Shown here: positions 24,801-26,692 of the stretch, in pieces
Layout of the letters: each line of letters begins with the position of its first letter
Position numbering within the stretch: the first letter of the stretch is position 1
IMG/VR virus record: IMGVR_UViG_2740892270_000008
Strand: one strand, 5' to 3'
Origin: a virus
Lineage: Duplodnaviria > Heunggongvirae > Uroviricota > Caudoviricetes
DNA: 26,692 nt
The notes under the pieces: generated by a model
What the model saw: the letters and a program-made list of their open reading frames with translations, nothing else
The model's database searches: none
What the model was told of the DNA's origin: nothing
Translations under genes and position numbers: made by a program

Positions 24801-26692
24801 ATGGCAAAAAACCTGAAAGCCTCCCTGATTGTCGATTTACTCGGCAATATTTCTGCCAAATCCCGCCAGTGGTCACAGGAGCTGGGGGCATTCTCCCGTT
24901 CCGGCAGGACGGGGCTGGGTGGTCTTGGAAATGCAGCACGTCGTGCCGGTCAGGAGACAGAACTTGTCGGCTCCCGTATGCAGCGAACGCTTGCCGGTGT
25001 TCGTGGCAGTATCCGCACGGTGACGTCAGATTTTGACCGCCTTCAGGGCAGCATTACCGGCACCATCGGGCGGATAAGCAACCTTTACGGGATGCTGGCG
25101 GGAGGGGCTGCGGTCTACGGGTTTAATAAAGCCTTTATCCGCCCGGCCGCAGAGATGGAGAACTATATTCTGCGTCTCAACGCCATTAATCATGGCGATA
25201 CGGCAAAAACGGAAGCAGTGAAAGCCTGGGCGGTACAGAACGCCAAAGACACCACCTGGGGGCTGGCGGGGGTTATGCAGGAATACGCCTCCAGTCGCGG
25301 GTTCGGTATGAGTGACAGGGAAGCCCGTCGCTTTATTACCATGCTTCAGGATCAGGGCGGCTATCACGGCTGGTCACTGTCAGATGCACAGGGTGCGTCC
25401 CTGCAACTCAAACAGATGTTTGCCCGCCAGAGTATCCAGGCAGCGGACGCCAATATTCTGACCGGATACGGGATTAACGTTTACCAGTTGCTGGCCGATA
25501 AGCTGGGTGTAAACCAGAAGATCATCCGTGAGAAAGGCGAGAAAGGAAAACTGGGACCGGACAGCATTCGCCTGTTATTTCAGGTGATGGCCGAACAGGC
25601 AAAAGGTGCCCAGAAAAACGCCATGAATTCCTGGACGGGAATGACGTCCATGATGGGCGATGTCTGGGACGGATTTGCCCGCGAGGTGATGGCAAAGGGA
25701 CCGTTTGACAGCCTGAAAAAGAGCCTGAAAGGCTTTCTGGATTATGCTGATGCGGCACAGAAAAGCGGCTTACAGGATAAGCTGGCCACACAGACGGCCT
25801 CAGCCCTGAATCAGGGATTTGAGTATGCCAGAGACGCTGCGACCGGCTTTTACCGGGTCATTCAGAAAGTCAGGGAAACGCTTCAGGCACTGCGCGACGC
25901 CGGTTATGGCGATGCGCTGGATCGCATTGGTCAGGGTGCGCAGACCGCCGCAAAGTACCTGATGTATATGTATCTCGCCTCCCGTGCGCTGAAGGTGCTC
26001 AGGTTTGCGGGGACGGGGGCATTACGTCTCGGCGCAACCCCCTTACGCTATGGCATGGCGATGACCTCCGTGCTGACGTCGCCCTTCCGCAAACCGCAGA
26101 CCACTGTACCGGGAACGCAGCCCGGACGCGCTGGCCGGTTCCTGAATTTCCTTACCGGGGTAAATCCGGCTGCCGTTCAGCCCGTGCTGGTCACCAATTG
26201 GCCTGCGGGTGGCCTGGCCTCAGGTGGCGGGGATGTGGTGGTCAGCGGTGACGGCAAAACCGTGCGCGGCCGTAAAAAACGCGGCCCCGGACGTGGACGG
26301 GGTGTCACGACCGTCGTGACTGCCGGTGAGCAACTGGCGGAGAGTGCCGGTAAACAGGGCTTCTTCGGTCGTATGATGAGCCGTGCCGGTGGTCTGCTAA
26401 CGGCGGCCGGAAACCGCATGGGGCTGGGGCGTTTTGCCGGGCTGTTCCGTGGTGCCGGTCGGCTGGGTGGTGGTGCCCTGTGGGCCGGTGCCATGGCGGC
26501 TCCTGTACTGCTGGACAGCAGCGCCAGTGCAGCCGATAAAGCCGGTGCCGTGGGTTCCCTTGCCGGAAGTATCGCCGGTGGCGCGCTGGGGGCGGCTGCC
26601 GGTCCGGTCGGGGTTGCCATTGGTTCCACGGTGGGCAGCTATCTCGGTGATTATCTGGGGGGCTGGCTGACGCAGGCCTGGCAGAAACTGCG
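24801..26692 (+). CDS. Tail tape measure protein, 3'-truncated by window end (not in ORF track)
   Basis: Manually translated open frame from ATG 24801 (MAKNLKASLIVDLLGNISAKS...) with no stop to 26692; Gly/Ala-rich C-terminal repeats (GGALGAAAGPVGVAIG); position after chaperone pair. Confidence 0.8.
   Translation, partial: MAKNLKASLIVDLLGNISAKSRQWSQELGAFSRSGRTGLGGLGNAARRAGQETELVGSRMQRTLAGVRGSIRTVTSDFDRLQGSITGTIGRISNLYGMLAGGAAVYGFNKAFIRPAAEMENYILRLNAINHGDTAKTEAVKAWAVQNAKDTTWGLAGVMQEYASSRGFGMSDREARRFITMLQDQGGYHGWSLSDAQGASLQLKQMFARQSIQAADANILTGYGINVYQLLADKLGVNQKIIREKGEKGKLGPDSIRLLFQVMAEQAKGAQKNAMNSWTGMTSMMGDVWDGFAREVMAKGPFDSLKKSLKGFLDYADAAQKSGLQDKLATQTASALNQGFEYARDAATGFYRVIQKVRETLQALRDAGYGDALDRIGQGAQTAAKYLMYMYLASRALKVLRFAGTGALRLGATPLRYGMAMTSVLTSPFRKPQTTVPGTQPGRAGRFLNFLTGVNPAAVQPVLVTNWPAGGLASGGGDVVVSGDGKTVRGRKKRGPGRGRGVTTVVTAGEQLAESAGKQGFFGRMMSRAGGLLTAAGNRMGLGRFAGLFRGAGRLGGGALWAGAMAAPVLLDSSASAADKAGAVGSLAGSIAGGALGAAAGPVGVAIGSTVGSYLGDYLGGWLTQAWQKL

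Larger units (their letters stand above)
517..26692 (+). mobile_element. Mu-like transposable prophage, left end through tape-measure gene (right end beyond window)
   Basis: Colinear Mu gene order c-ner-A-B-...-gam-...-gemA-mor-lys-...-TerL-portal-F-G-I-T-...-L-M-chaperone-TMP; left terminus begins 5'-TG at 517-518. Confidence 0.85.

Noticed and set aside
26177-26629. Pro/Ala-rich minus-strand ORF at the window end
   Set aside because: Reverse complement of the Gly/Ala-rich tape-measure codons; artefact.
1-26692. CRISPR arrays, rRNA genes, integrase/attachment-site tRNA
   Set aside because: No regularly spaced direct repeats or rRNA-like sequence seen; a transposable (Mu-type) phage uses a DDE transposase rather than an integrase, consistent with the absence of an int gene.

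Overview
The window holds a 3' fragment of an IS66-family element (end of orf1/tnpA plus a C-terminally disrupted tnpB, 1..~516) followed by about 26 kb of a Mu-like transposable prophage in canonical Mu order, all read from the sequence and ORF track without database searches. The prophage left end lies near 517 with three ATTTGATAC(C/T)G repeats. Gene order is: leftward c-type repressor, operator palindromes, ner, DDE transposase A, ATPase B, small early ORFs, gam, a lower-GC accessory block (~6.7-9.4 kb), gemA, a Mor/C-family activator, SAR-type GH24 endolysin, overlapped i-/o-spanins, TraR-like zinc finger, gp27-like (TerS-like), TerL, portal, F, G, I, major head T, gp36/gp37/gp38-like, tail sheath L, tail tube M, tail chaperone and a 3'-truncated tape measure. 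The right end is outside the window. Six N-masked blocks (4647-4901, 9702-9953, 10225-10405, 16307-16556, 18010-18258, 23288-23537) interrupt B, gemA, mor/lys, portal/F, G and L, so those gene ends are unresolved. The most likely place for undescribed biology is the lower-GC cargo between gam and gemA: a three-HTH-repeat protein, a 47-aa 4xCxxC zinc-ribbon ORF absent from the track, and a convergent AT-rich gene pair closed off by a hairpin+T-run terminator. Other points worth a look are a tRNA-like structured element between F and G, a small ORF duplicating the C-terminal module of the gp27-like protein, and tandem paralogous small early ORFs. No CRISPR array or rRNA was seen.
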